This document shows, piece after piece, positions 59,631 to 64,000 of a DNA stretch of 64,000 nucleotides (position 1 is its first letter; each line of letters starts with the position of its first letter). The stretch covers positions 2,293,072 to 2,357,071 of the forward strand of contig NW_003314276.1 in assembly GCF_000143415.4 (NCBI RefSeq), read 5' to 3'. Both the position numbers and the translations under genes were made by a program. Under the pieces are notes generated by a model. It saw nothing but the letters and a program-made list of their open reading frames with translations. It ran no database searches and was not told the DNA's origin. Source of the DNA: Selaginella moellendorffii (Eukaryota; Plantae; Lycopodiophyta).

Positions 59631-62600
59631 CTCTCCCCCTCTAGGGAAGATCGACGTCCTCGTCAATGCATACTCGAGTCTAGAATACCGCCAAGGAAAC
59701 AACTCCAGAAAAAGTTCACAGTACTCACACTATGTGAGAAATGCACCAACTTAAATGAGTTAAGGGGCAACCTCTTTGTCTAACGCGGATGTGCTACCAA
59801 CTCAGACACCTTCCGGCTATCGCCGACAAAAAAATGACCAACACAGTTAGCCACCCTTGCTACTCTGGGAGTCACCCAGCTTACAAAAGTGTAATATGCC
59901 TCTGCCTACAGGAACATAGAGAGAGAAGATAAAGGCCCCAACCCTCATGAGCAAAGAAACCAAACCCGTCAGTAAGGTTTAGATAGACTACTGTAAATAG
60001 GCAGTTAGAGTTGTTTACACGGTCACGCCCTTTCAATGAAAAAGGAACATCGATAAAGAGGCAGGTTATGTGACCAATCGACAGTAGCTACCCCATGACT
60101 AGAGATTTCAGTATGCACATGAAGTGCCGAAGCCAGTCTGCGTATATTGGCCCAAACTCAAAGATCAATAGATGGACAATATCAAAGTCATAGACAATGA
60201 TATCTTAGAGACTTATTTATCAGTGAATATATCTTAGATTAGAACACAAAAGTATTCCAAGTAAGTTATCATCCGATAAACCACCAAGATCACAATCATT
60301 GGAAAACATAGGATTCACTATCCAGCAAAATTCAATAGCAAGTATACCATCAAGTACACTCAATGAGAAAACTTAACTACCGAAGATTGTAGATAGTATG
60401 CTAAACAACTTACCAAAGATAACTCAAATAACACAAAGTATCCTTAACCGACAAGCACAATACTCGCGAATGTATCACCCGAAGGAAATAACATCCTAAT
60501 TTATCAGAACTAACTTGAGGAACAATCAACAAAACAGAATAAATGTGGTAAGACCAACAAACACTTAGTCATGCTAACCATCGCATAAGTTAATCTGAAT
60601 AAATCCCGGTCAATAATACTAAGGAACTAGAGTTGCTTAAGTAAGTGTCAACAACGTCCTATCGATATCTTAAACCCAAGAGACTAATCCAGAGCAAACC
60701 ACAAAGAACATGTGGTATTGTGAAAAGCCATAAGCCATCAAAGAGAACAACTAACCATCATGAAAGATCATCAATCATCCCATCAATAGAGAAATGCATA
60801 ATCGTCATCGAAGAAAGAATCCACCATCCCGAAAAATGGCAAATCATTCTAGATCAATAATAATCAAGCAAAACCTTTGACAAGGATAATCAACTATCCT
60901 AGATGATAGTCAATCATCACCAATGACTGCAAGATGCAAAAACTAACTTCAACATCGAAACTAACAAGCCAAAATGCCTTCCCCAACAACTTTTAACAAA
61001 TGGAACAATGAGCACAAACTCAAGGAACCAAAGCTCGAAGAAGCCTATAGCCAAGTTTTGCCAAATAATGATCACAAGTCTCATAGAAGCTAACGTCAAT
61101 GCGAAAGAAGAAATCGTGATGCAACTCACAATATCTTCCTCAACACATCCATAAGCCAAACTTCATAATGCCAAAGCTAATGAAGAGTATGTCTGCATCA
61201 ATCCAAAAGCTAAGCATAACGAAGCTATGCTCAACAAGTGATCATTAAATGATCCTCCATGAATCCATCTACAGCAAGACATAATTCACTTCATAACAAA
61301 CCTAAAAAAAAAAATCATTAATGATCGTTATATCCCGAACTCAAATCCAGCAAGGACTCAACATTCTAATATCGATCACTAACTCTTCCTCTCGTAGAGT
61401 TAGCATAGTCCACGACTAAATCACTTTTCAAGAAAAAGCTAAAGCTCAACCCTCTACTAAATAATCTCGTCTAGAACACAACTAATTCAACTTGCCACTT
61501 AGTTCGTTTGAACATCAACACAATTGCTAACTAGCAAATGCACGAATGCCAACAACACAAAGCTATAGCCAAATCATCAACACTATATTTATCAAGACTA
61601 ATGAAACTCAATATCAATCCTTGGAAGGATATCTCAGTTCACTCAGATCTCAATATCAATAATGTCAATGACAAGGCATCACTTCAATGCCATCAACACC
61701 AAAACAAAGCTAGAAGAAAGCATGAGTGAATCACCACTCAAAACTCTTCAACAACCAAGCTAACCAAAGTCGAAGATACTTTAGTCAGTATCCAAGACCA
61801 ATCCTCCAACAAAACTCAGTTACAGATAACACTTCATCAAGGAGTGATTCACCACGTCCAAGACTCAATGAAATCCAACACTACGGACTAAATGTAACCA
61901 AATGATATCGACAAAGGTAGAGTCGACATGTCAATATGAAAAGCTCATGTAAGTCTAATGACACGATCCTCCACAACACCATCCGGTAAAGCAAGCCCAT
62001 CACTGCTAAATCATCATCAACCAAAGCAAGTGTCAACGGTCCTTGATGAAGTCTACAAGTAATCACTAGTCNNNNNNNNNNNNNNNNNNNNNNNNNNNNN
62101 NNNNNNNNNNNNNNNNNNNNNNNNNNNNNNNNNNNNNNNNNNNNNNNNNNNNNNNNNNNNNNNNNNNNNNNNNNNNNNNNNNNNNNNNNNNNNNNNNNNN
62201 NNNNNNNNNNNNNNNNACTCGAATCCAACTCAACCGCAATAAGCTCACTAATGCATTTAGTCAATAGCTCTGAGCATGCCTTGAAGAGGCTAGCTATGTG
62301 ATCAACACTCAGTCGAAACTAAAGTGAAAACCATGAGATGGATTTATATCGGTACACAACCTCCTCATAAACAAAGCTATAGTATAGGTACCAACATCTT
62401 AACCTTAAACAACCAAGTTGGACATCACCATCCTTAGCCAAGGCACAGGGCCACCAAGACTAAGTCAAGATCAGTGAGAGCTCATTACTCTCGTAGAGTC
62501 TAACGAAATGCAAGGTGCAACCTACCACCAAGCAAAACGCTATAAGAAAGGCATAAGGATCACCTTTCTTAGAAAAGTGCAATGGCCACTTTTCTATACC

Positions 62601-64000
62601 AACTCCAGACTTTATCCAACTCAATTGCCTTAGCCCCAAAAATTAGCATCCCTTTCGGGCTACATCATACAAACTATATACTAAGGTTTAAGCCGACCGA
62701 AGTCAACTTCAACCCCTTTACTAGTTTGTACTGGCTTTCGAAAACGGAATGGTTTTTGGGCAAAATGATCAATAAATCAGCCATTGGAAAAGTCTAAGAA
62801 AATTTGTGGAAAATTTTCCATCCTAGAGAAAGAATGACTCTCAGTTCAGGAATGCAAACTTTCAAGACTCAACCAACTTCCTCTTACAAACAATTTCACA
62901 TAGGTTCACCTCAACACAAATTCTCATGACCCATAATATGCTTAAGCATCGAACACCTTTGCCCATTTTTCTGATATTCAACACTGACATTTGCAAAGTG
63001 CTAAATGAACATCTAAAGCTTGATCATGAAGACCACATCTTCAGACATTCACATTGCACTAACACTCTTCTTCAATCACCTTCAAGATCCAATGTGAAGC
63101 CAAAACACTAATAAGAAAAATGGCACGGAAAATCAAGGTCTAAGGAAAATTCCTCATCACTCGAATCAACAATGCCACTTCCACTAACACAAGTGCTAGC
63201 AATGTCAATGCCTCAACTACACACCTTCTCCATCCAACAATCTACTCCAAGTGCTAACGGATCAACTGATAAGTTATAGCAAATGAATGCTACAACCCTT
63301 TTTCTAACACATTATGGGCAAACCATCAAGAATAAGGAACCAACTTAAGCTTAGCATAATGGACCACCATTGAGATTCCAATCAAGGCTATTACAATGCT
63401 ACTATATGCAAGTAGACTAACTTCACCATCAACCACCTTGGGGTTGATCATCATTTAACCAAACAACTTCATAAACGCATTACTTATTATCACATGGATA
63501 TGATATAAGCATTACAATGACTTGATCATCAATTGAGCAACACCACGAGCAATGCCTATATCATTACTTCAAAAGTTTATGTGAGTATCAAGTGTCAACT
63601 CGATTTGACAAAATGCAACATAAATGCCACACTCCACCAATAGAGATTTACAACACCGAACACCACTAACTTTTGTTCACAACACGGTCAAGCTCATGCC
63701 ATTCTCTTTCCGACCAAACTCAAAACTAATCCAATACCAAGCTACTCAAGGGGCAATAGCAAAGTTCCCCGGAAAAGAATTAAGCATTGCAATCCAAGTC
63801 TTCCAATAGCAAGCCTAGACAAAATGGTATAACACTTCACCGCTATCCATCCCATAACTCACCACTTGTAAAACCATCATTTCCAATATGCATTAAGGTA
63901 GGGACTCTTGATTGCATGATGTGAACACGAGCAATGAGTTAACACCTCGTTGCAAATCATCCCTCCAAGAAAAGAAGATGATTTACATGTTTGATCCTTC
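58500..64000 (-). mobile_element. LTR retroelement 3' portion running off the window; internal region unrecognised
   Basis: 59631-60150 matches the 3' UTR of the first element (10445-10867). Further upstream I recognised no integrase or chromodomain. Confidence 0.6.

Overview
Plant nuclear DNA with compact GC-rich genes, very short introns (50-90 nt) and PLS-class PPR genes, set among extremely AT-rich decayed transposon DNA. This architecture suggests a lycophyte such as Selaginella (inference only). In order: degenerate TE DNA (1-4.6 kb); a full-length but decayed Ty3/gypsy chromovirus (4649-11783, LTRs, PBS, PPT, CTAGA TSD) nested in an older LTR remnant; an S-protein-homologue (SPH) secreted gene; an intronless GDSL lipase; a 4-exon NDC80; a small short-LTR non-autonomous retroelement; two head-to-head PPR genes; an ATL RING-H2 E3 ligase; and a DUF1997 gene. 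A ~20 kb mosaic of duplicated, inverted and decayed gene fragments follows (PPR, double-AP2, KRP/ICK, DUF1997, an unidentified family) with fold-back elements and Copia pieces. The window ends with an internally inverted Helitron relic and the 3' end of a second LTR element. The best candidate for an undescribed system is a cluster of four paralogues (48.2-55.7 kb, one intact) encoding a secreted peptide built from tandem 14-aa C-x3-W-x-W-x4-C-x2 units (CPINWYWYGNSCHR) with variable unit number.
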